Below are positions 54,917 to 64,000 of a stretch of 64,000 nucleotides of DNA, piece after piece. The stretch is from Candidatus Niyogibacteria bacterium (GTDB lineage Bacteria > Patescibacteriota > Minisyncoccia > HO2-45-28). The stretch lies in contig CP066691.1 in NCBI GenBank assembly GCA_016432485.1, positions 77,466-141,465 on the forward strand. The letters run 5' to 3'. The notes beneath the pieces were generated by a model, which saw nothing but the letters and a program-made list of their open reading frames with translations, was not told where the DNA came from and searched no databases. Position numbers and translations under genes: made by a program. The number at the start of each line of letters is the position of its first letter. Position 1 is the stretch's first letter.

Positions 54917-56536
54917 ATGCACAATTCCAGGAAAGCCGTTTTTATAGCCGTGGTTATTTTTTTAATCGCCGTTTTTTTCAGATTTTGGATGTTGGGAAGT
55001 TCTCCCCCGGGGCTTTATCCGGACGAAGCAATGAACGGCAATAATGCTTTGTACGCCGGGAAAATCGGCAACTTCTCGGCTTTTTATTCTGAAAATAATG
55101 GCCGTGAGGGGCTTTTTATGAATATAATTGCGGCTTCTCTTTGGTTTTTCGGCAATGAACCCTGGGCAATTCGGCTGGTTTCGGCGATTTTCGGGGCGCT
55201 GACGGTTTTGGGTGTTTTTTATCTGGGACGCGAACTTTTCCGCTCCGTTTCTTACGGTAAAAAATTAGTCGGAATTTCGGCGGGCGAAATAATAGCTCTT
55301 TCGGCGTCCTTTTTTATGGCCGTAAGCTTTTGGCACATTAATTTTTCACGCATCGGCTTTCGGGCGATAATGGCGCCGTTCTTTTTGGTCTGGGGACTAT
55401 ATTTTTTGTGGCTTGTTTTTAGAGATAACCTTTCGGAAAAAAACAAATACCTGACGGTGCTGGCCGGCGGATTTATTTTTGGGCTCGGCGCCAATTCTTA
55501 CATTGCTTATCGCGTCGCTCCCCTTCTTCTTATAGCGCCGTTTTTAAAAATGGCGAAACTGCGTTTTGGTTATAAAAAAATCGCCGTGTTTTTGGCCGCG
55601 GCTCTAATCGCTTTTTTGCCGCTGGGTCTGTATTATTTGCAAAATCCGGGTGATTTTTTGGGCAGAACAAGCCAGATTTCAATTTTTTCAGAAATTTCTC
55701 CGGTCAAATCTTTAGCGCTGAATTCATTGAAAACTTTAGGCGCCCTGTGGTTTTCGGGCGACCAAAATCCCCGCCATAATTTGCCGGAAGCCGCGCTTCT
55801 TTGGTGGCCGGTCGGAATATTATTCGCCGTCGGACTTATTTTCAGTATCGGAAAATATCGCAGAGAATATTCGGCAGGGTTTTTTTGGCTTTGGATAGCG
55901 GTTTCCTTGGCGCCGGCGGCTTTTTCTTCGGAGGGCGTTCCGCACGCTTTACGTTCAATTATGATGCTGCCGGCGATAATGTATTTTGCCGCTATTGGTT
56001 TTTGGGAAATTTTGTCCCGGATTGCCGGCTGGCTCGATTCGCGTCTTGAATATTTTCCGAAACTTATATTTTTAATCGCGGCCTTTTTTGCCTCTAACAT
56101 TATCATAACTTACTCCGATTATTTTACGCGCTGGACGAACTTACGAGAAACCTATTTCGCCTTTAACGCCAATTATGTTGAAATCGGCCGATGGCTCAAC
56201 CGTCAGCCCGAGGACATAAAAAAATATGTGGTGGTTAACGCCGCGGGCGTTCCGGTCTCCGCGCCCGACGATTACGGCTCAAAATCTGTCCCAATGCCGT
56301 CCCAAACCGTTATGTTTTTAACCGATACCTGGCCTCAAAGCGAAAGAACGAAAAAGAACTTTTATTATATTTCGCCCCAGGATTTAGATTTGATTGATTG
56401 CAAGGTTCGCTGTCTGATAATCCCTCTTGAAAACGACCCGAAGTTAAATTCCAGGATAAGATTGATCGCGGACGCACCAAGATTAAGCGTGCGGCCCGGC
56501 TTCATTTTGTTTTACAAAGGGATGGATATAAAATAA
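54917..56536 (+). CDS. GT-C (GT39/ArnT-like) glycosyltransferase
   Basis: PPGL..DEA, R..SA..G, WH..FSR; many TM helices. Confidence 0.8.
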   Translation: MHNSRKAVFIAVVIFLIAVFFRFWMLGSSPPGLYPDEAMNGNNALYAGKIGNFSAFYSENNGREGLFMNIIAASLWFFGNEPWAIRLVSAIFGALTVLGVFYLGRELFRSVSYGKKLVGISAGEIIALSASFFMAVSFWHINFSRIGFRAIMAPFFLVWGLYFLWLVFRDNLSEKNKYLTVLAGGFIFGLGANSYIAYRVAPLLLIAPFLKMAKLRFGYKKIAVFLAAALIAFLPLGLYYLQNPGDFLGRTSQISIFSEISPVKSLALNSLKTLGALWFSGDQNPRHNLPEAALLWWPVGILFAVGLIFSIGKYRREYSAGFFWLWIAVSLAPAAFSSEGVPHALRSIMMLPAIMYFAAIGFWEILSRIAGWLDSRLEYFPKLIFLIAAFFASNIIITYSDYFTRWTNLRETYFAFNANYVEIGRWLNRQPEDIKKYVVVNAAGVPVSAPDDYGSKSVPMPSQTVMFLTDTWPQSERTKKNFYYISPQDLDLIDCKVRCLIIPLENDPKLNSRIRLIADAPRLSVRPGFILFYKGMDIK

Positions 56537-56546
56537 AGAAAATAAG

Positions 56547-58406
56547 ATGACTAATCGCCGCGTTTCAAATATTATCGCTTTTCTGATGCTCGTGGTTATG
56601 TTCGTTTTGATGTTTTTTTCTTCTCTGAATGATTCTGCGGTTATGGACGAGCTGGCCCATATTCCGGCGGGCTATTCTTATCTTACTCAAAAAGATTACC
56701 GGCTTAATCCGGAACATCCGCCCTTGATAAAAGATTTGGCCGCCTTTCCGCTGTTATTTTTGAATCTTAATTTTCCAACCGATGTCCGGGCTTGGACCGA
56801 AGACATAAACGGCCAATGGGATATGGGGCGCATTTTTCTTTACGAATCGGGAAATAATCCGGACCGGATTCTTTTTTGGTCAAGACTGCCGATGATGCTT
56901 TTGGCGCTGCTCTTTGGCTGGCTGATTTTCAGCTGGTCGCGGCGCATTTATGGTGATAAAGTCGGACTGCTTACTCTTCTTTTTTTCAGCTTTTCGCCGA
57001 CATTCATAGCTCATTCCAGATACGTGACCACCGACCTGGCCGCGTCTTTCGGTTTTTTTATAGCCATAGTTTCTTTCGTGCGTTATCTTGAATTGCCGGA
57101 CATAAAGCGCTTAATTATTGTCGGCGCATCCTTGGGAATAGCGCTTCTTTTAAAGTTTTCTCTGGTTATTTTAATTCCCCTATTCGTTATTATAGGTGTG
57201 CTGTGGGTTTTTCTTTCCAGGCTTGATATTTTGCGTTTCGCCGAAAACAATTACAAGCGCCTGAAACTTCTTTTGGCCGGATGGCTCGGCTTATTTTTAA
57301 GGCTCGCCGTTATTTTTGCCATCGCGGGTTTGATAATCATTTTAGTTTATCAATTCCATGTTTGGAATTATCCGCAAGAGCGCCAGATCAATGATTCGGC
57401 TTTCATTTTAAGTTCCTTCGGCTTCAGGTCTGCGGTTGATCTGACTTTGTTCATGGCGGAAAAACCGATTTTAAAGGCTCTGGCTGAATATTTCCTGGGG
57501 CTTTTGATGGTTATTCAGCGCGCGGCTGGCGGAAACACCACTTATTTTTTGGGAGAGGTCGCGTCAAGCGGCTGGTGGTATTATTTCCCGATCGCCTACA
57601 TATTGAAGGAACCGCTGGCGTTTTTGTTTCTTGCGGCCATTTCTGTTTTTGTTGCCATAAAATCACTTCGCCAAAGTTGTGAGAAATCGTTTGGTATCGC
57701 TCTTGAGTGGATGCGCGATAATTTTTTTCTGACAGCAAGCTTTATATTCATTGCCGTTTATTGGCTGCAATCAATGCAAAGCACCTTAAATATAGGCGTG
57801 CGCCATGTTTTGCCGACGTTCCCGTTTATTTATCTTCTGGTGTCCCGCGAATTAATGCGCTGGACCAGGTCCTATTCTTTTAATGAACCGAGGAGTTTCG
57901 GCGAATGGATTTTTTCCGTTTATGAACGCTATGTGAAATCACTGCCGCGGTATTTTTTGATAAGCTTTCTTTTATTTTGGATGATTTTAAGCGCGTTTAA
58001 CTCTTTCCCGAATTATCTTTCTTACTATAACGGACTGGCTGGCGGAACAAAGCAGGGCTATAAGTACATAACGGATTCAAATTATGATTGGGGACAGGAT
58101 TTAAAGCGCCTGGGCGATTTCATAGAAAAAAATAAAATAGAAAAAATAGCCGTGGATTATTTCGGCGGAGGGTCTCTTGAATACTCTCTCAAAGAAAAAT
58201 TCGTGCCTTGGCAATCGGCTCTGGGAAAACCGAATATTAAAACCGGAGACCCCGAATGGTTTGCCGTATCAGCCACGATTCGACAGGGCGCCTTCGGTCA
58301 GCCGGTCAAAGGTTTTGTAAAAAAACCGGAAGATTCTTATGTCTGGCTTCAGGGCGTTGAACCGGTGGCCCGCGCGGGACAATCTATTTTTATCTATAAA
58401 TTTTAG
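56547..58406 (+). CDS. GT-C (GT39-like) glycosyltransferase
   Basis: DE..H..AG, NPEHPPL.K, DSN.DWGQD; many TM helices. Confidence 0.8.
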   Translation: MTNRRVSNIIAFLMLVVMFVLMFFSSLNDSAVMDELAHIPAGYSYLTQKDYRLNPEHPPLIKDLAAFPLLFLNLNFPTDVRAWTEDINGQWDMGRIFLYESGNNPDRILFWSRLPMMLLALLFGWLIFSWSRRIYGDKVGLLTLLFFSFSPTFIAHSRYVTTDLAASFGFFIAIVSFVRYLELPDIKRLIIVGASLGIALLLKFSLVILIPLFVIIGVLWVFLSRLDILRFAENNYKRLKLLLAGWLGLFLRLAVIFAIAGLIIILVYQFHVWNYPQERQINDSAFILSSFGFRSAVDLTLFMAEKPILKALAEYFLGLLMVIQRAAGGNTTYFLGEVASSGWWYYFPIAYILKEPLAFLFLAAISVFVAIKSLRQSCEKSFGIALEWMRDNFFLTASFIFIAVYWLQSMQSTLNIGVRHVLPTFPFIYLLVSRELMRWTRSYSFNEPRSFGEWIFSVYERYVKSLPRYFLISFLLFWMILSAFNSFPNYLSYYNGLAGGTKQGYKYITDSNYDWGQDLKRLGDFIEKNKIEKIAVDYFGGGSLEYSLKEKFVPWQSALGKPNIKTGDPEWFAVSATIRQGAFGQPVKGFVKKPEDSYVWLQGVEPVARAGQSIFIYKF

Positions 58407-58424
58407 CCCCCGAAAGACGGTTTT

Positions 58425-58748
58425 TTACTTGCCAAAATTTATATCCTTAATTAAGAGTTCGCTGAAATGCTGGCGGTGGCCTCTTTTGGTGCGCGCCCGG
58501 GTTTTTGATTTGTAACGAAAAACTATCACCTTTTTGGCTCTTTTTACGCCCAAAAACTCGGCTTTGACTTCGGCTCCCGCCACCTTAGGACGGCCCACTT
58601 CTATTTTTGAACCGTCGCCGTATAAGAGCACATCGCCAAATTTAATTTCGTTCCCTTTTTCGGGGGCCTCAATTTTTTCCGTTTTTATTTTTTTGCCCGG
58701 CTCCACAAAATATTGTTTTCCGGCGATTCTGACTATCGCGAATTTCAT
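58425..58748 (-). CDS. rplU: 50S ribosomal protein bL21
   Basis: FAIV...GKQY.V, GHRQ. Confidence 0.95.
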   Translation of the reverse strand: MKFAIVRIAGKQYFVEPGKKIKTEKIEAPEKGNEIKFGDVLLYGDGSKIEVGRPKVAGAEVKAEFLGVKRAKKVIVFRYKSKTRARTKRGHRQHFSELLIKDINFGK

Positions 58749-58759
58749 ATTATAAAATT

Positions 58760-59797
58760 TTATTCCTCGGCGTCCGGTTTGTCAATGGCTATGGGTTCAA
58801 AATCCGAGGACTCCCCGGTTATTTTCAAAAGGTCCTTATCAATTTTTTTGAATTCCGCCGACGATTTATCGTACATATTAACCGCCGTCAAAAGATGGCC
58901 GCCGAGTTTTTGGTGAAAGGTTTGATAGCTTATCAGATGCTTGGTGAGATTTCTGACCCTTTCGCCGATCATTTTCGCGGCTTCCTCGATTTTTAAAGCC
59001 CTTAATCCCTGAAGCACTGTTTGAAGGTAAGCGAGAAAGGTAGTGGGAGAGACGATTATCACTTTTTTCTGTCCGGCGGCGTATTCCACGAGATTCACGG
59101 TGTTCGCTTTTATAGAGCCGACTTTATTTATTAAAAGATCGTAGTAGACGGCTTCAGACGGTATGAACATAAAAGCGAATTCCAGCGTGCCTTCTTCCGG
59201 ACGGATATATTTTGAGGTTTCCTCCACTCTTATTTTAAGGTCGTTGTAAAAAGAATTTTCATAGCGCTGTCTTTCATCCGCGGTGGAGGCCTCCAGAATG
59301 CGATTATAGTTTTCTAAACTGAATTTGGAATCAATCGGTATCAAGCCCTGTTTGGTCTTGATTATGGCATCCACCCTGCTTCCGTCCCGAAATTCGTATT
59401 GCAATTCAAAAGTGCCCGGAGGCATGACATTTTTCAAAACGGTCTCAAGATAGTATTCTCCCAGAACTCCGCGCTGTTTGGGGTTTTTCAGAATATCCTG
59501 CAAGTTTCTCAGTTGATCGGTAACGCTCATCACTTGTTTTTGCCCCTCGCTCACCTTGGTCAGTTCTTTGGTTATGTCCTGAATGAGTTTCGCGCTTTGA
59601 TTTAATTGATCTCGCATGGCTTTGGTTGAATCGCCCATCTCGCCTCTTAACGCTCGCGTAAGTTCGTTTATCTGATTTTGCAATACCAAAACCGCGCCGT
59701 CGTTCTTGCCCGCGCGCTTAAAAATAAAAACCGCAATCGCTCCGAGCACTGCCCCCGCAAGAATCGCGATAACGCCAATTAAGACCGTCTGGCTCAT
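58760..59797 (-). CDS. rmuC: DNA recombination protein RmuC
   Basis: K.RG..GE..LE, PIDSKF, FA.MFIPSE, SPTT. Confidence 0.9.
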   Translation of the reverse strand: MSQTVLIGVIAILAGAVLGAIAVFIFKRAGKNDGAVLVLQNQINELTRALRGEMGDSTKAMRDQLNQSAKLIQDITKELTKVSEGQKQVMSVTDQLRNLQDILKNPKQRGVLGEYYLETVLKNVMPPGTFELQYEFRDGSRVDAIIKTKQGLIPIDSKFSLENYNRILEASTADERQRYENSFYNDLKIRVEETSKYIRPEEGTLEFAFMFIPSEAVYYDLLINKVGSIKANTVNLVEYAAGQKKVIIVSPTTFLAYLQTVLQGLRALKIEEAAKMIGERVRNLTKHLISYQTFHQKLGGHLLTAVNMYDKSSAEFKKIDKDLLKITGESSDFEPIAIDKPDAEE

Positions 59798-59802
59798 TTG
59801 AT

Positions 59803-60771
59803 TTATTTTAAACCGTTTTTAAACCAAAATTCCAGAAATATGAATATCGCGTATACCGCTATCAAAAATACGCCTTCGCGCCCGGAAATAAAAGTTCGGC
59901 TGTAGACGAAAATATTGAAAAGCAAAAAGGCGACAATAAAGGCGCTGGCCACGAAAAAGAACTGGCTAAGCCCGCTTATGGTTATCGGGCGTATTACGCT
60001 CACCACGCCTATGATGAAAGCCGAATTAAAAGCTATTGACCCCAGCGAATTGCCGACGGCCATTGAACCGTGTTTGGCGAGCGCGGCGCGTATGCCGAAA
60101 GCCATTTCCGGAAGAGTGGTGCCTAGAGCTACGAATACGGCTCCGAATGAAAAAATCGTAAAAGTTGCCATCGCGGCTATTTTGGTCCCCGTCCAGACTA
60201 AAGCGGCCGAACTTGCGAGGAGTACCGTAACAGCGGCAAAGAAAATTATAATATCGCGCGCGGTTCCGGTAACCGCGGCAATTCCTTTAGGCCGGTGATT
60301 GACTGTTTTGGTAAAATATTCTTTTTCGCCCAGGACATGCCAGATATATATGAAAAAAGAGATGAGCAATATCGCGCCGTCGGCCCTTGAAATTACGCCG
60401 TCCGCGCCAAGCAATAGAGGAAATAGCGAGATGATAAAAATAAGCCAGAAGTTGACCCGCGAAATCTTGCTTTCAAGTTCCACCCCCTTATGTATCAGAG
60501 ACGCTATGCCTATTACCAAGGTTATATTCAAAAGGTTTGCTCCGAAAATGTTTCCGAGCGACAAACTCGGCGCGTTGCTGACCGCCGAACTTATTCCGAC
60601 GAAAAGCTCGGATATGGAAGTGGCAAAACTCATCAAAATGAACGCGACCATATACTCCGAAAAACGCAGAAGTCTGGCAATGCCGGTCAGAGATTTAACC
60701 AAGGCCGAACTTGACTTTACCAAAAACAGAAATGATGCGAGGAATATGATTATCAGCCAGATTGGGTTCAT
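59803..60771 (-). CDS. Na+/Ca2+ (CaCA) antiporter
   Basis: ATS..E, GN..GAN, GTTLPE, GNS.GS repeats. Confidence 0.85.
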   Translation of the reverse strand: MNPIWLIIIFLASFLFLVKSSSALVKSLTGIARLLRFSEYMVAFILMSFATSISELFVGISSAVSNAPSLSLGNIFGANLLNITLVIGIASLIHKGVELESKISRVNFWLIFIISLFPLLLGADGVISRADGAILLISFFIYIWHVLGEKEYFTKTVNHRPKGIAAVTGTARDIIIFFAAVTVLLASSAALVWTGTKIAAMATFTIFSFGAVFVALGTTLPEMAFGIRAALAKHGSMAVGNSLGSIAFNSAFIIGVVSVIRPITISGLSQFFFVASAFIVAFLLFNIFVYSRTFISGREGVFLIAVYAIFIFLEFWFKNGLK

Positions 60772-63437
60772 AATTCCATATTATATTTATGACGGCGGCG
60801 AATAAAGAGGTATTTGGCCGTTTCTATGAGAGTCAGGTTGAAAAGACCGATTAAAACAAGCACCCCCAGGTCAAAAGGCGTTAATTTCACAACCTGAAGC
60901 AGACCGGCAATCGGTCCGAAATATAAAGCCCCGACAAGCAAAATAAGACTTATGGCGAAAGCAAAAAGCAAATAAGGATTGCTGAAAATATTTATATGCC
61001 AGAGGGATTTGCGCAGGCTTTTAAAAGAAAAAGCGAAAAAAAGAGCGTCAAGCGAAATGCCGACAAACATAATGGTTCTCAATTCTTCCAAAGGCAGTCC
61101 GTAATTATAAAGGAGTAAAAATAAAATTAAGAGAAATAAAGAAGTGATAATTCCGACCCCCAGTATTATATAAAGCATTTCTTTGTTTAAAATTCGGCGG
61201 GAGGAATTCGTCCGCGGATTTCTTTTTAAAACGTCGTTTTCTTTGGGTTCAAACGCGAAGGCAAAATTCATAAAGCCCTCTTGCACTATATTGGCCCAGA
61301 GAATTTGCGCGGGCAGTATCGGTAGAGGCAGACCGAAAACCAAAGCTCCGGAAATAAGAACTATCTCGCTGAAATTTGCGGCCAATAAATACGTGATTAT
61401 CTTGCGCAAATTATCCAGAATTACCCTCCCCTCTTCTATCGCGTGGAAAATAAGACCAAAGTTGTCGTCAGTCAAAACTATTCCCGAGGATTCTTTGGCT
61501 ACATCCGTTCCCGACCCCAGCGCTATGCCTATATCGGCTCTATGCAGCGCCGGAGCGTCGTTTACGCCGTCGCCGGTCATAGCCACCACTTCGTCAAGCG
61601 ACTGCCACGCGCCGACAATCGCTGATTTTTGATGCGGAAGAACACGGGCAAAAATAGCGACATCCGGCACGATTTCTCTAAGTTCTTTTTCAGACATATT
61701 TTCTATTTGTCTGCCTTCAACAATTTTTACTTTGGACCAATCGTCAACCAGCCCGGCCGATTCAGCTATGGATTTCGCGGTGGAAGCATGATCTCCGGTC
61801 AGCAAAACTATTTTTATACCGGCCTCTTTCGCGCCTTTTATGGTTTTTTGGACATCCGGCCTTAAGGGGTCGCTGAAACTGATGAGTCCGAGAAACACTG
61901 TTTTTTCAAACATATGGTCTTTTTGCCTCGCGATTTCCGACCAGTGATCCCGACGATAAGCTGCCGCCAGCACTCTTTCTCCTCGCCCCGCGGATTCAAG
62001 ATATATGGATGTTAATTTTTCTTTAAGTTCTTTGGTAAACGGTCCGGGCGCGCCGCCGGTAAATATTTCCGCGGACATTTCTATCAGTGTTTCCGGCGCG
62101 CCGGCGATATAAATTGCGGTTTCGTTTCCTGATTTATGCAAGGAGGCGCTGTATTTTCTTTCGGCTTCAAACGGAATAAAATCAATCCTCGGCTCGCTTT
62201 CCAAAAGTTCGCCCGGGTTTAATCCCGCCTGTATTCCGGCCTCAAGCAATGCTTTGTCTGTTGATCTCCCCTGAACGCGCCACTGATTTCGCGGGTCATC
62301 GGGATTTTCAATGAACGCCGCCGAAGCCATTATTGCTCCCTTCAGCGTTTCAAAAACGCCCCCGGAAAGATCCATATCAGTCTTGGTCGCTATTTTATCG
62401 CAAGTAGCTATTTCCACCGCCTCCATTTTCGCCTGGGTCAGAGTTCCGGTTTTATCGGTCAAAATAATACTTGTCGAACCAAGAGTTTCGGCGGCGGCAA
62501 GTTTTCGCGTAAGTCCTCCTCTACGCATAATTCTGTACATTCCCACGGCAAGCACCACGGTTACCGCGACCGGCAGTCCCTCGGGAATAATTGAAACCGC
62601 GACGGCCACGGATATAAAAAACATTTCTCCGAAATTATGCCCGCGAATAATTCCCAAAATAAAAATGGCTAAAATAACGAGGGCCGCAAACGCGCCTATC
62701 AACATTGCTATTTTTTTAATGCCTTTTTGAAAGGGCGTGGGCGATTCTTTAACCTCTTTTACCAATTTCGCTATTTTCCCGAGTTCTGTTTTTTCGCCTG
62801 TTGAAACTATGACTGCCTTGCCCCAGCCTTCGCTGACCGAAGTTCCCATCCAAATCATTGAGTTTCTTTCGGTCAAAACGGTTTTTTCATCCACGCCCTC
62901 CGGATTTTTGGCAACTGCCGCCCATTCTCCCGTCAGAATTGCCTCATTGGCTTCCAGGGCTTTTGATTCAATAATTCTTGAATCTGCCGGAATGCGGTCG
63001 CCGGATTGGACCAGTATGATATCCCCAGGCACGAGCATTGCGGTATCAATTTTTTGTTTGCGTCCGCTTCTGATAACCGTAGCGCTGGTTTTCGTCGCCA
63101 GTCTTAACTGGTCAAAAGCCAGCGAGGCGCGCCCTTCCTGAATGGCGCCGACAACGGTATTAATGGCAACCGCGATAAAAATAACGGCGGCATCGGCCTT
63201 GTTTTCAAGTAATAACGAAATAAAACCCGCGATAATAAGTATAAAAACCAGCGGGCTTTTAATTTGAGCCGATATTATTTTATAGAGTCGGAATGACGGG
63301 CGTTTTTCAAAATCATTGGGGCCGAATTTTTCAAGACGCGCCTTTGCTTCGGCCGTCTGTAAACCGTGTTCTGTGTCGGTTTCCAAAGCCGCCGCGGTTT
63401 CTTTTGGGCTGATCGCATGCCAAATTTTTTCCTGCAT
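60768..63437 (-). CDS. P-type IIA cation-transporting ATPase
   Basis: LTGE, PEGL, DKTGTLT, TGD, GDGVNDAPAL. Confidence 0.92.
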   Translation of the reverse strand: MQEKIWHAISPKETAAALETDTEHGLQTAEAKARLEKFGPNDFEKRPSFRLYKIISAQIKSPLVFILIIAGFISLLLENKADAAVIFIAVAINTVVGAIQEGRASLAFDQLRLATKTSATVIRSGRKQKIDTAMLVPGDIILVQSGDRIPADSRIIESKALEANEAILTGEWAAVAKNPEGVDEKTVLTERNSMIWMGTSVSEGWGKAVIVSTGEKTELGKIAKLVKEVKESPTPFQKGIKKIAMLIGAFAALVILAIFILGIIRGHNFGEMFFISVAVAVSIIPEGLPVAVTVVLAVGMYRIMRRGGLTRKLAAAETLGSTSIILTDKTGTLTQAKMEAVEIATCDKIATKTDMDLSGGVFETLKGAIMASAAFIENPDDPRNQWRVQGRSTDKALLEAGIQAGLNPGELLESEPRIDFIPFEAERKYSASLHKSGNETAIYIAGAPETLIEMSAEIFTGGAPGPFTKELKEKLTSIYLESAGRGERVLAAAYRRDHWSEIARQKDHMFEKTVFLGLISFSDPLRPDVQKTIKGAKEAGIKIVLLTGDHASTAKSIAESAGLVDDWSKVKIVEGRQIENMSEKELREIVPDVAIFARVLPHQKSAIVGAWQSLDEVVAMTGDGVNDAPALHRADIGIALGSGTDVAKESSGIVLTDDNFGLIFHAIEEGRVILDNLRKIITYLLAANFSEIVLISGALVFGLPLPILPAQILWANIVQEGFMNFAFAFEPKENDVLKRNPRTNSSRRILNKEMLYIILGVGIITSLFLLILFLLLYNYGLPLEELRTIMFVGISLDALFFAFSFKSLRKSLWHINIFSNPYLLFAFAISLILLVGALYFGPIAGLLQVVKLTPFDLGVLVLIGLFNLTLIETAKYLFIRRRHKYNMEL

Positions 63438-63482
63438 TGTCTTATTTTAACAATTTTAACTCAATTCGATAATCGCATTTAA

Positions 63483-64000
63483 TCAGTTTCTTATTTTCCC
63501 AGCCAGTTTCCGGGCAAATTGCCAAAGGTCTCCCGCGCCCATGGTTATTATCAGCCGTTTGCCTTTGCCGCCGGCAAGCGTTTTTTCAGATGGCAGGCCT
63601 TTAAAGCAATTTTTATTATTTTTTTTAACGGCCCCGTAGAGCATTTCATCCATACCCTCTCCCCCTTCTATGTTTTCTCTTGCCGAAGAATAAGTGGGAA
63701 CTAGAAATATCTCGTCGGCGTCCTTAAAAGCGGCGGCGAATTCGGAGAGAAGAGCTTTGGTGCGGCTGAAAGTGTGCGGCTGAAAAATAGCCGTAATTTT
63801 ATGGCGCGGCCAGCGCGCTCTCACTGCTTTTAATGTCGCTGAGATCTCGGCCGGATGATGGGCGTAGTCATCCATTATCACCATATTGCCGCTTTGAGCG
63901 TAAATTTCCATTCGTCGGCGAACTCCCCGAAATTCAAGCAGCCCCTTTTTAATATTTTCATCGCTTATGTTCAATTCTTGAGTCGCCGCCAAAACCAATG
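63483..64000 (-). CDS. murC: UDP-MurNAc:L-Ala ligase (5' truncated)
   Basis: F.GVRRR.E, DDYAHHP.E, FQPH..SRT, MGAGD. Confidence 0.9.
   Translation of the reverse strand, partial: LVLAATQELNISDENIKKGLLEFRGVRRRMEIYAQSGNMVIMDDYAHHPAEISATLKAVRARWPRHKITAIFQPHTFSRTKALLSEFAAAFKDADEIFLVPTYSSARENIEGGEGMDEMLYGAVKKNNKNCFKGLPSEKTLAGGKGKRLIITMGAGDLWQFARKLAGKIRN

Overview
64-kb window of a low-GC bacterial chromosome whose gene content and rRNA features point to Patescibacteria/CPR (Parcubacteria-like; inference, no database search run). Core genes: murD-ftsW-murG, gltX, dnaB, recR, ftsQ, serS, ddl, rplU, rmuC, partial murC. Accessory regions: (1) a type III restriction-modification locus with an OLD-family ATPase-TOPRIM nuclease gene inserted between mod and res; (2) a ~17-kb minus-strand redox/metal cluster with a zwf-gnd fusion, ccdA, several thioredoxin/glutaredoxin-fold proteins, three ArsR regulators, a MerA-like reductase and an unannotated 53-aa His/Cys metallothionein-like peptide; (3) a stand-alone 16S rRNA gene with no canonical anti-SD tail, a group I intron (S788), a group II-like intron encoding a LAGLIDADG endonuclease (about S1397) and three helix expansions. 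The most striking signal is a family of tiny hairpin elements with a 3' CAAG/CAGG-type tail. They lie in frame inside gltX, gnd, merA and ddl, inside a tRNA and in RNA trailers; they always follow the direction of transcription and they nest inside one another. One copy sits in the anticodon of a tRNA-Ile-like gene and carries a complete second tRNA-Ile(GAT) within its stem. All calls come from reading the sequence and recognising motifs.
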